NCBI GenBank assembly: GCA_964036045.1 | Contig: OZ038379.1 | Span: 65,472,001-65,536,000, forward strand | From: Eutreptiella sp. 'Long Island Sound 2002' | Taxonomy: Eukaryota > Protista > Euglenida | Direction of reading: 5' to 3' | DNA: 64,000 nt | Shown here: positions 1 through 11,052 of the stretch, piece by piece | How positions within the stretch are numbered: position 1 is the stretch's first letter | How the letters are laid out: every line of letters starts with the position of its first letter | Notes under the pieces: generated by a model | What the model saw: only the letters and a program-made list of their open reading frames with translations | Told to the model about the DNA's origin: nothing | Databases searched by the model: none | Program-made: the position numbers and the translations under genes

Positions 1-1269
1 CCACTTTAGGGCATTGATGAAAGTAGAGTGGCCGCGTACCGCACATTGTCCGAAGCGTCTCAGGTGTCGTTGGGGCCGTCTAATACTTTTGGTCGCCCTA
101 TGGTGTCCCCAGTTGTGCTGCGCCATCTTGGAGGCAAGGTTGCGGTGCAGCTCGTCAGCCAGCTGTTGTTCCACCGCGTCTTGAACTGGCTGTAGGCTGG
201 ACGCCGCGGCAATGATGGCGTCCGCGCTATTCAGTGAGTGCATGACGTGATCTTGGTTAGTCGAGTGCGGCTTGGACCACGGCGGCATGTGGCGCGAAAA
301 CTTGCGGAACAACGAGGAGGGCAAGTGCGATGCATTGCCAAAGACCAGCGGCTGCGCCGGCCGTGGTCCCGATGGGTTCATCGGAGACTCTGACCTCTTT
401 GTGGTAACCCGCATGGGGAAAGTATATGCGCAGAGGGGGGGCGAGGGGTGAACGTCCCATGCTGGGGGAGAAAAGAGGACAGTATCCAAGGTCTCCGTCG
501 ATGGTGATCTCTTTATTGTACCCGATGGTGGTCACGAAGTCGGCAATCGTGTCCATTGCCTCCCACTTTTCATCGGCAGAGGGGTCCCCACAGCTAGAGA
601 TCCCGTCGTGATCGGTGGCAGGCATGTAATCCGCGTTTAAACCAGCAGCGTCCGACTTGTCGTTGGCCTAGTAATTCCCATCACTAGTCATCACCTTATT
701 GTAGTTGGTGACACAAGGGTAATGTTCGTCCCTGCGGTGTCCTTTTCGTTGCCATGGTGTGTCTCCTAGCATGGATGTCCGGGGCCTCGGCCGGGAAGAG
801 AGCCACTTCCCTCCGTGGGGCTATCATGTTTCCCAAATGGTAACACTAGAGTGGCGGATATTGGCATATGGCACCTGCAAGGGCTAGGGGCAGACAGTAC
901 CCGGCTCCGGACGGAGTGTCCATGGGACGCCGTGTTCCCTAGTTCCCAAAAGAGCGGCCAGCAAGAAAAAGGCCCATTGCTTTTTAGGAGGATTATTTGT
1001 GTGCCATTGTTGGTTGCTGGTGGCGCCGCTAACTTTGTCGCCGAAGATGCCTTGGATAGCTCGAAAGTGCAAAAGTCCCGCCACCGAGCGGGGTTTGTGT
1101 CGACCCCGAATCAGGCCCACCTGCACCAACGACAGCAAACCGGGTTGCAATGTATAACCATTGCCGGATACCGGAGCGGCTGCATGACGTGGACCAGTTT
1201 GGATGCCTTTGTGCCGACGATAAATACAAATTTTAGGCATGCCTGGGTATGAATACGGGACTTAGTTGA

Positions 1270-1790
1270 AGACTCGTCCCCCATGGGTTCCCGGAGTACA
1301 GGGGGTGTCTATGGGTGGCACAATGGAGGTGCCGCTGCATCGACACTCTCTTGGTGTCCCTGTTGCGCGTTAGGTGGGGTCTACCGGGTACATTTCCCAT
1401 GTGATGGGATCGCGAGTGTGTTTTGAGCCACATTGTGGTTCCGGGGGGTGTGCCGGTTTTGGAAGCGGCGATGGCCTATTACCCGGAGGATACAGAGTGG
1501 GCGGAGGGGAGGTGGCACGGGCACCGGCGGGGTGGGGCCGCTGCGGCCTGGGCGCGTGGGCCGCCGCAAGCATGGTTTTTATTTTGGGGGCGTTGGAAGG
1601 ACAAGGCGACGGCCATGTGTTATGCGAAGGACTTCCAGGACCCTCGGGTATTGGAGGACCGTCTCTTGCCTTGGCCGGGGAAGGGGGGGGCATTGGAGTT
1701 CCGAGAACTCTCCGCCAGCCAGGTTTGGTCCGGGGCTGTCTTCGCCACCGACCGGCTGCGCGATAGCTGGGGCCGCGGGAGGGGGGTCGC
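1270..1790 (+). pseudogene. Tyrosine recombinase, C-terminal catalytic half
   Basis: Frame of ORF 1423..2052 reads WHGHRRGGAAAAWARG...FWGRWKDKATAMCY: HxxR (H 1516-1518, R 1525-1527), WGRW and Tyr (1621-1623). In-frame TGA upstream; first Arg box only tentatively seen (NTRVAD near 845-860). Confidence 0.75.
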
Positions 1791-2907
1791 TACGCCCGAT
1801 GTGCCTACCTCCCCCCCGAAACCCTGTCGTGCAGAGGGAGGGGAGAGCGTGCAGGCTAAGGTTACCCGTCAGAAGCAGGTGCGCCCAACTGATCCGCTCG
1901 GGGGTACGGGGAACAGAAAGGAGGCCTGTGAAAAGTTTGTCACCTCAGAGGCTACCACTACCAGTGGAGAGGAATCTTCCTCCTCCGCCGAGACCCTCCC
2001 CGGGGAGGCTGTTGCCCCTGCCGGTCTTGGGGAAGGGGCGGGGGACTGCTGAGACCAGCTGTGTTTCCTCAGCGTCTGACAGGGAGCAAGGGGGAGAGCT
2101 TGGGGCGGGGGGGGGAAATTTATCATCGGGGCCGGACCCCGGCAGGGTGTCGGCAGGACCCGACCCCCTCCGGTCAGGGGAAGCCCGAAGCGGGTGGTTG
2201 CGGGAAGACCTCTGGCTCCGACCCGGGGTGCGCGTCGGCCGCAGCAGGCAGGTACGGAGGTAGGAGTGGGAGATCGTGGGGGAGGGGAAGGGGGCGCCAG
2301 AGGAGGGCCTGTTAGTGGCAAAAGGGATGCGGCGGGGGCCGGGCTGTCGGGTGGAGGCCGAGGTCAGAAGCGACCCCGGGTGGCCGGCACTGGCAAGGGT
2401 GCTGGCGGGGCTTGCGGGGGTGCCCGTGTGGCTGGCCCCTAAACTGGGGGTCCCTTTTGACTGGATCCTGGGCCGGGGGGTGGTATTGGCGGAGAGGGTG
2501 ATGGCGGCAGCCGAGGACTGGGGCGCGGATGAGATTGTTTCTATGATGTTGGGGGTATTGGGGGAAATGACCGAGGATGCGTTCGACTCCTTGGCCCATC
2601 TAGGGACTTCGCCGCGACCGCGTAAGGCCCCGAACTCTTCCTTATCCCGAGAGCGTCGGTTTGGAAAACCAAGACGCAGGCGAAGAAGTTCCTCGCCAAG
2701 ATGATGGCGGCCGAGGAGGAGGACAAGGAGGACGACGCGGACGCGGACGAGGAGGGGGACGAGAGCAACGACGGGGACGGGGACGGGGGAGACGAAGGGG
2801 ATGGACTGGGGGCAGGTTTGGGTGCTACCGGGGCTAACCGGGATGGGGGCGTCGGGGAAGAGGTCGAAGGGGTGGAGGGGGAAAGGATGGAGGTCGAAGG
2901 GGTGGAT

Positions 2908-2997
2908 GGTGAAGGGGTGGTGGGAGAAGGGGTGGTGGGTGAAGGGGTGGTGGGTGAAGGGGTGGAGGGTGAAGGGGTGGTGGGTGAAGGGGTGGTG
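2908..2997 (+). repeat. Six-copy 15-bp tandem repeat GGTGAAGGGGTGGTG (GEGVV)n in an acidic low-complexity linker
   Basis: Units start at 2908, 2923, 2938, 2953, 2968, 2983 with single substitutions. Confidence 0.95.
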
Positions 2998-3123
2998 GTT
3001 GGTGAGGGAGATGGGGGGGATAGTGGGGCGGGTGACAAGAGTTCGGGGGCGCCCGCCGGGCCCCCGACCACGCAGGACTTTTAGGTGAGAACAAGAGACT
3101 AACCCGATGGGCCCCCGGGGGCA

Positions 3124-3475
3124 CCCTACACAACAATGTATGTTACCATTTTACCCTTCCTTGTGCTTTGCTCTTGTTGTAGAGTGCTTGTTCCGGCGAC
3201 GTTCCAATAACTGGTTCCAGCGGTGTTCCAATGGTGTTCTAACAAAAACTGTTTTTGAAAACAAGTTTTTTTCACGTGGCAACGCGCCGGGCAACAAATA
3301 TGAGCATACCAGCGGGGACCCCCAAGGCTAGCAAACAACATATTTTGCCACCATGTACGGGTAGGCTTGGTTGGGGGGTAAATAAATTTTGAACTTTTTT
3401 TGTTCCGGCCAGATAGCCTAGAACATTGGAACAATTTGGCCGGAACAACATTGGGTTTCAAACGCGCACCAAGGG
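3124..3475. mobile_element. About 350-bp MITE-like insertion inside the YR element
   Basis: Starts CCCTACAC, ends GCGCACCAAGGG, flanked by CA on both sides (3122-3123, 3476-3477). GTTCC motifs at left, GGAAC/AGAAC at right. Right end is homologous to termini at 55125 and 57887. Confidence 0.65.
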
Positions 3476-3477
3476 CA

Positions 3478-5397
3478 AGTCTCGGAGGAACTACTCCGTA
3501 AGGGTTGGGGGACATGGGCAGTTGTCCGATCCCACCTGAACTTTGGGATCGCCTCGTTCCGGAGGGTTTAGGGGATAGACTTCGGGGAGTTTCATTGCCG
3601 GAGGGTAAGGGGTATCCCAGCCCAGCGACCGAAGTTTTGTTGGGGGCTTTGCAGGGCCAGGGGGTTTTCTCCGAAGTGCCGGAGGGGGATGAGGGGGGTC
3701 CAAATTGCACGCCATTTGTCATTCCCAAGAATGACTGAAAGGCGTCACTTATCATGGTTTGCACCCCGGGGAATGAGGCGGACCCTGAGCCCCCCCCTCA
3801 TTTTATCCTGGCTTCGTGGACGGCTCTGGGGGAGTGGTTACAGGTCTACGAGGGGGGGATCTTTTCCTGACCCACGTGGACCTGTCCAATGCTTTTTGGA
3901 GTTTTTTGCTCCCGGAGGGAGCGAGGGAGATGTTTAGGTTTCGTTTTGGGGGTCCATTGTGGGATATGCAGCGCCTTCCCATTGGTTGGAAGTACTCCCC
4001 CGTGCTGTGCCAGGAGTTGCTGGGGGGCTTGGTGAGGGATCTCATACCCCCCGAGGTATTGTTGATTCATTAGCTCGACGATTTTTTGCTCATTGCTAGG
4101 GATAGGGATTTTCTTCGGGGGGTTACTTCTAGGGTGGCGGGGAGGCTGCGTGATTCCAATTTCTTGGTGAGCCGCAAGAGTACTTTGGACCCGGTGCAGT
4201 CGCTTTTTTGTCTGGGGAAGTTTTTTGACGCGGGGGGGGGGGGGGATCTCCAATACACCCTTGGGATTGGCCAAGTTGGTCTTGGCTTGGTTGCGACTCA
4301 GCCTCTCCCCATTTGCGCGCAGGGGCCTGCAGTCTTTTATGGGCTCCTTGCAGTAGGCGGTCCAGCCGCGTACGGGCCTGGGACCGCAGATGGCAGGTGC
4401 TATGGCGTGGGCGATATGGGGGCTGGAGCGTTGCGATGGGCTCCCAGCGGTTGTGGGGGAGGCGTTGGCCCAGGTCTTGGGCCACGCGACGATGCCATGG
4501 AGGCCGGCGGGACGGGCCTTGGGATGGGCACTGGGGGAGATGCGCCGGGGTCTGGGTTTTGGTAGGTTGGGGGGGGGTTTGGCGCCCTGTGGGTTGGTGG
4601 AGTCCCACCCCGTATTGGAGTACCCGCAGTTATTTGTGGATGCGGCTTGGGACCAGTTGCAGGGAGTACCAGGTTTCCGGGTCGGCATTTTTTCCCCGAG
4701 CTTGGGTACTAGGGTGGAGTGGCTGGGGGAGCGTTTTTCTTTGGGCACCCGGCGGCGTCCGTTGAATCAAAAGGCGGCGGAGCTCTGGGGCGTGTGGTCG
4801 GCGGTACGTTTGGCATGCCATATGGGGTGGGGTGGGGTGGCGCTTTTCCTGGACAATGCGGGTGCTATCTACCAGGGGGTAAGGGGGAGGGCATCGGTGG
4901 GCTTGTGGATACAGCAGTGGTTACTCAGGAGGATTAACCTCCTTTTGTTTGGGCATCCGCTAGTTGTACATTTTGTTTTTGTACCCAGCCCCCTGCAGCC
5001 GGCGGATCCGGTGTCGCGTCTGGAGGGGGTTTGTGGGGGTTCGAGGGCGGCTGCGTTGGAGCGGGCGAGGGACATATGGGGCCGGTTGGGGGGGGATCTG
5101 TCCTACGCCCTTTATATAGGATCGGTAGCTAGGTACATTCGAAGGGATTGGGTACCTGTTACTCCGTTGCTTCTCCCTGAGGGGGGGGGCCAGGGGCTGA
5201 TGGGTAGGAGGTGGCTGGTGGGATTTGTGAAAGTGGTTGGGGGTTTCATGCGGTTTGTTAGTTCTAAGGGGGTTTGGGTGTGGGTACCCGAGGAGCCTCC
5301 AGAGCCGTGCTTTCGATGCGTGGCTGCGCAGGTGCCGCAGGGGCGGGCAATGCACTGGTTTGCGGATTGCCCGAGGAGAAGGGTGGGGTTTCCGTGA
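3478..5397 (+). pseudogene. Reverse transcriptase + RNase H (DIRS/Ngaro/VIPER-type pol), inactivated
   Basis: PFVIPKND*KASLIM, VDLSNAFWSF, RLPIGWKYSPVLCQ, IH*LDD (TAG 4071-4073 in place of the Y of YLDD); RNase H NQKAAELWG, LFLDNAGA, FVPSPLQPADPVSR. Stops and frameshifts near homopolymers. Confidence 0.9.
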
Positions 5398-5491
5398 GTG
5401 GTGATCTTGTATGTTGTATGTTTCCTTTCTCTTCGTCCCCCCCCCCCCCACTTTTTCATTTCCGAGCTGATGTGCTGCAGCTTGTGAGCCT

Positions 5492-6448
5492 ATGTCAGCT
5501 GTGTCCATCCCCTTTTACCGCGCCCTGCCGGCTCGTGCGCCGGCTGTGCCGGATGATGAGGCGCACAAGGAGGAGTGGCGGGCGTGGAGGACGGCGGTGC
5601 TTGCGGCGGCAGCGCTGGAGAACCCTGTGCCCTGGCTGCGCTTGTGGGTACGGAGCTTCACGGAGTGTGGGCTGGCCGCGCGCAATTAGCGGGCAGTGGC
5701 GGATGTTGCTTGTGCCCTCTGGGCGTTGCTGGTGGTGGACCCCGAGATCGTGCCTTTGAAGGACATTCTTGTGGGGGCCTTTTTGTTCACGGTGTCTACG
5801 GGCGCTGACCGCCCGCTAGCGGCGATTGGGGCCAGAGCCACCGGGTTGGGGATTGCGGTTCCCACGGTGGCCAACGCGCTCCGCCGGAGGTACCCGGGCC
5901 AGGTGCAGTACTGTCGGGCCCGCCGGTTGCCTTGGGTGGAGGGTGGACTCGTCCCCTTGGTGGCGTGGCTCGTTTGGCTTGTCCTCTTCGGTGGTAGTGT
6001 CCCTGCCCGCCAGGGGGGCACTTTCAGGGGTGACTGGGCGAGGGACCCCAGTTGCAGGCTGCTGCTGGTGGAGGAATGGTTGCCCAACGTCGTGGGCGCT
6101 GCGGTTGGGCATACGGTCGGGGTCACGGCCGACTGGCACGTCTTCTGCACCAGGTTCCGCCACTTCTGGTCGGGCTACGGGGCGGAAGAGATAGCCGACG
6201 TGCTCATATGCCGCCTGCAGCGGGTGTGGCAGGTCTGGTATCTCGTCTTGCCCCCTCAGGATCTTGTCGGCACGCTGCCGCGAGTGTTGGGGGCAGACGG
6301 CTTCCCCGTCTGGCACTGGCGCGTTGGCGAGGAGAGGCTGTGGAGGGTTGCGGTGGCTGCGCTGGGCGACTGCAGGAGGAGGAGGACGCCTGTCCGCAGG
6401 TTCATCGAGGAGCCTGCTCCACTGGTGCTGTGGGGAGGGGGTTATTGA
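5492..6448 (+). pseudogene. Unidentified ORF downstream of pol (one internal TAG), probably part of the YR element
   Basis: ORFs 5492..5689 and 5696..6448 share a frame, are separated by one TAG, and have the same G-rich composition as pol. No recognisable domain. Confidence 0.4.
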
Positions 6449-6963
6449 TGGCCCCAGGAGGGGATACATTGGGTCCATTGGGGGGGGGGTTAGCAAAAGG
6501 GGGGGGGGAGTACGGAGAGCCTTCTGTCCCCCACCTGTATTGCTGGCCCTCCCCATGCGGGTGTTGGGGGGGTGCCTGGATTTGAGGGGGGTCTGGGAAC
6601 GCTTTTTGCTCTTGTGTTTCTTGTCCTAGTCTGCATGCCCTCTGTCCTTTCCACACCGGCCCTCCTGATTGACCTACCGTGGGGGGAGGTCGTATTGGCG
6701 AGCGCCGGCGGGGCTGGATAAGGAGGTTTCCCTCTCCCCTTCGATGGACTGCGAGTCGATTTGGATTGGTTGGGTTTTTGGTCGGGTTGCGTTTGTTCTA
6801 AGGCGGTTCGTGTGCGCTTTTTTGGCACATGTTTTTAGCCTCGTGGTGTTCAGGGTGTGCGGTGGCGGATGGCGGTGTGGTACCTGAGGTGTACGAACCA
6901 GCAGAGTAGCCCTATGCCCACTGAGCGGTGTAGTTTTCTTGCGGGGGAGGTGGGAAATATATA

Positions 6964-7282
6964 CCGCTGGCTGTTCCCGCAAGATTTCTTTGTGCTCTGT
7001 TTGCCGGCATGCGAAACCACTGTTTGGCCCATGCTGAAAAGTTGTTTACCTTGGGACCAGGGGGTCTGTCCTCTTGCCGTTTTGTGAGGTTCTTTAACCT
7101 TTTGAGTGCCCACCCTACCCCGCCCGCCCAGTCTCTATTGTTCGGATGCTCTGCACTCCGAGGGCACGGCGTGTCGTGCTTTGTTGACGTACACTTGCTA
7201 GTTGGTACCGATGCAGAGTATGCCCCGCTGGCTGCTCCCGCAAGATTTCTTTGTGCTCTGTTTGCCGGCATGGGAAACTACT
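6964..7282 (+). repeat. 58-bp direct repeat pair (6964-7021 and 7225-7282)
   Basis: CCGCTGGCTG(T/C)TCCCGCAAGATTTCTTTGTGCTCTGTTTGCCGGCATG(C/G)GAAAC(C/T)ACT twice, 261 bp apart. Confidence 0.9.
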
Positions 7283-7301
7283 CTTGGGTTTCGGCTCACC
7301 A

Positions 7302-7388
7302 CTTGCTTGGAGCCACCTAAGTAAGGCGCAAGAACGCCAACCAATTCGGCGCAATGGGGAAGTAGACCGCCTCGCCAAGATGGCCACG
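7302..7388 (+). pseudogene. RNase H C-terminal fragment, non-LTR-retrotransposon type
   Basis: LAWSHLSKAQERQPIRRNGEVDRLAKMAT resembles the W-x-x-H...GNxxADxLAK motif. Short, no N-terminal part seen. Confidence 0.4.
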
Positions 7389-8826
7389 CGCCTACATGTG
7401 CCGGATTACGATCCCCGGCGCCCCAAAGATATTGCAATATGCGGCGGGTCCGCCCCCACTTCAGAGCTGAAAATGATCCTCCGGCGGGGGCGTGTTCTCA
7501 CTTTCGACGGTTCGCACTGGGTATCATGGACCATGCGGGCACCTCTGTGGATAGCGTGGGCGGCACCTGTAGGTCATAGGGGGGCATGGTGAGTTGGTCG
7601 CGCAGTTGGCATACGCCATGTAGAGCGTGGTACTCGTGCCATGCCACACCATCCTTGAGGTGTACCCGCACATTTCGGGGGATGTGGTTCCATAGGGACT
7701 ATGTTATGCGAAGGGACAAAGCATAGTGTAGGTCCGCCACCGACGCCCTCTTCCACCGATGCGTGGGGACCGACACATGCTCAGGGTCAAATGGCTCTAG
7801 GGCCACGTGCGATGGGATGGGACGGGCGCGCCGTGAGACCATACAAGCCCCAAATGCCCCCTGTGTGCCCTCCATCACGCTACCACTGTCCACAAACGCC
7901 TCATCCACTTCATGCGTTGGAAACTCATATTTCGCAACATGCGGCTTAGCACCTAGGGACCGTGGCAAGAGTTGCGCCCACGTGCCGTATAGCTGAACCC
8001 CACCGACTCTGTCCGCAATCAAGTAGGGTATACAGGGCCCCGGAGAGATCATCGCAGCAGGTTGGCCGCGTCTCTCAAGAGACATCCCACCGTAGAGCGG
8101 CGCGCACATGGGACAGGCCGCAATTGTACCACAACAGCTCATGTGCGGTGAAACATCTCGGCTACTGCCTTTGTTCCACTGCCGCAGACCTAGGGGCACG
8201 GCAGGAAGCATCGGCAATGCAGCATGTGGCCTGGCCTTGGTTTCTTCATCAGCGTGCGGTTCTCGGGGCCCCACGGATGACTTCATACCGCGAGGTGCTA
8301 GATGATCTGGTGCGGCAATCACGGCACTAGCACTCCCTTCTGTGCCGTGCTAGAGTGTGGGCCACCTCTTCCGACTGGCACTACTAGCGGCACAACCGAA
8401 GGGTTCGGCTCTTTACTGTGATGAGCCAGTTGTGAGCGCGCCGCCCACCGGGTGGATTCGCCTCTGCCTAAACGCCAGTGCCGTAAAAGGCCCGGCATCT
8501 TGGGCCAATGCCCGCCACCGGACATGGCCCCTGCACAGGGACGAAAGCCTTGTTACCGTTGAGCACCTGTGGGGAATAGCACACACGTGACCCAACATGT
8601 CTCAACCCCCTTATTTCTTACGCATTATAGGCTTGCCATATGGCGTGGCGCTTTTGCCTGCTGCATCAGAGAGCCCTCTAGTATACGCATGTGAACTTTG
8701 GGTCTTTGCCATGTGCCCCGCGTTGCGGGGATCCACTATATCATATGCCGGAGACACCCACTTTCCCAAGCAGAGTCTTGAGTGCTCTTTGAGTTTTTGG
8801 AGTAAGTGAAAAAAAAAAGTAAATAG

Positions 8827-9576
8827 ATCACCAGCGACGGGGACCACGCGGCTGACACGAAGTGCTTCGCATCTGAGATGATCGCCGAAGTTGTGTCTGT
8901 CTTCGACCACAAGAACGAGTTCTCTAGCGGACGCGGGACACAGTGACCACGTATATGCTATGAGGCATGATTCCCGAAGGTTATGCTTCACACGGCGCAA
9001 AATCATCAAATTACCAGTACCTGGAAGCTGGGACACTCTGAGGACTCAACGAACGCGGACAAGGTCGCTGTCATCAAACAGTACCACAAGGGTCAGGCCA
9101 CCTTCGGTCATTGGAGCATCCTAACTACGCTGGGCCACCTGAACCCGGTACTTAACTTGGTGAAGAAGGAACAACTAGCCATGTACTCGATGTTGAGATG
9201 CACCCTATTCATGGGAGACACCTATGGGAGGCCCTGCTGGACCGTTGGCACTAACACTGGTGACCACTCTAGGGACAAGAAGCGGGACGCTTCTAGGATT
9301 AATGACGACCCCGTACCTGTCATCAACCACAAGCACGAAATCACCAGCAGTGGGGCACCAATCTTCCGACAAGTAGGGTACGCCTATGGGATGAACGCGG
9401 AACTCGTGAACACCACTGGCCATGGTCACGAGAGCTCTAGCTTTGGGGACCACCGTGCCATCAAGAAGGGCGATGTCGCTAGGATATACGTGCATCCGGT
9501 TTGCAGTGGCTACAGTTTGAAAACCCCTAGCCGTGGGGATCCCTCTAAGAACAAGAACTGGGACGCAGCAATATGA
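8827..9576 (+). pseudogene. Apurinic-type (EEP) endonuclease domain of a decayed non-LTR retrotransposon
   Basis: In ORF 8983..9576: KVAVI, LFMGDTY (GDFN-like), RQVGYAY (RIDY-like), FGDHRAI (SDH-like) in the expected order. Motifs degenerate; no RT recognised downstream. Confidence 0.5.
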
Positions 9577-11052
9577 ATGATGACCCCAAGTCCGCCAACG
9601 ACTATTGCAAGGAGATCGCCGTAGTCGACACATGGTCAACAAAGCCAAACAGGTATATGCCACGTTGCATAGAACTAGAAGGCTACTTTTTGCGCCCAGT
9701 GAAATGTTGAGGATTGGCCACTTCACAAACGGTGGCCAGCTTCTAAACTTCGCTCCCTTTGACGTGACGACGGTGCTGAGAGATGCTCCCCGTCCGAAAC
9801 CCAACACATGTGACTCTTGAGAGAGGGTTTACTCCGCTCCCATACGGACACAATAGCACTAGATGCGCCACATCAAACTCCAAGGCCAAACGACCACTAG
9901 GAATGAGCAGCGGGCATGTTACGGTATAGACAATCGGCTACACATAAACTTGTCGACTCACGTTCCGACGACGTTGTGGAGCACTACTCCCCATGTGAAA
10001 GCTCCAGCGCTACGTACTACCACCAGCGGAGTGGGGCACCGCTCCCCGCCCATACCGACCAAACGAACCCACGCCAACCACGTAACGGCACATGAACCCA
10101 AGACGCGTATGTGGAGCCCATCTCTCCGCACACTGCCCGGAAGCATACCATGTATGCGCACACCGGCTGAAACATATGAGAGGATCTCACCACTTCAAAC
10201 TCCCGCAAGGAATACACTTCTCCACACATCCTCAATTTACAGGCCGCCAGAAGCTGGCGTACTTGACCGCCACACATGTCCCTCTACACCCAGCCCCACA
10301 ACCCCTATCTCCCAGTTCGGTGAATCTATAGAAATTCCTAGCCGTGTTGCTTCTTGCCAACACACACCACGCGTCACCCTCACCATCCCTTGCCCACAAA
10401 GCCCCAAAATCACCATACGTCGCGGCTCCCACCAAGGACAGCTGCCCGAAAAACACCACTACACCGGTAGTAGGGAAACGTAGACCCTCCTCCGTGTCAA
10501 TCGAAGGCAACGGTTACACCTTGGCGAGACTTGCGGAGGGCGCAATGGAAGAACGGCTGTCAGACTTGTCTTCACAATCCAGCACGTCGCACCATAAGCT
10601 CGAGCTGTGGTATGGGGGCAAACATGTCCTCGGCACCAGCCGCCATACACTCCCTCCCTTCCCCACGCGCAGCTAGCCCTCCGATAGCCCCTATTGCGAG
10701 GGGGGGGAAACCCAGGGAGCCAAGTACACTGATTTTGAAGCAAACAACGCATTTCATACCTCCTCCTCCCCCCGACTCCCCTTCGAAAAACAAAAAGCGC
10801 GACTTGGGTGCTGTCACAAAAGCTGTGAAGACCACGACACCGATGATTTGGTGAAATGCTTCCAACACAACCAACATCCCCAGCAGGCACATCAACCCCA
10901 ACGGCGGCAATCCCTGTTGCATGGCATGTGTGATCTCCAGTCCTCCGGTGACGAAAAGGCCCGATCAGCCGCCACAGGCCAAACGACACCACCGTGTCCG
11001 CCTCTCCTCCCACATGGGGTACCGGCAAGTGCACATGCATGCCCTGCACTGT

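Larger units (their letters stand above)
815..6450 (+). mobile_element. Decayed tyrosine-recombinase (YR) retrotransposon, VIPER/TATE-like domain order (YR then RT-RNase H, then an extra ORF)
   Basis: YR C-terminal motifs at 1516-1623, RT and RNase H motifs at 3690-5020, all on +. Boundaries approximate; no terminal repeats matched. Confidence 0.8.

Noticed and set aside
1-625. Minus-strand open frames (TIDGDLGY..., running off the window start) as an RNase H or host gene
   Set aside because: Motifs too weak and frameshifted to assign.
2541-3136. Ser/Pro/Thr-rich, Trp/Lys-rich and His/Pro-rich ORFs
   Set aside because: Alternative-frame translations of the 15-bp repeat.
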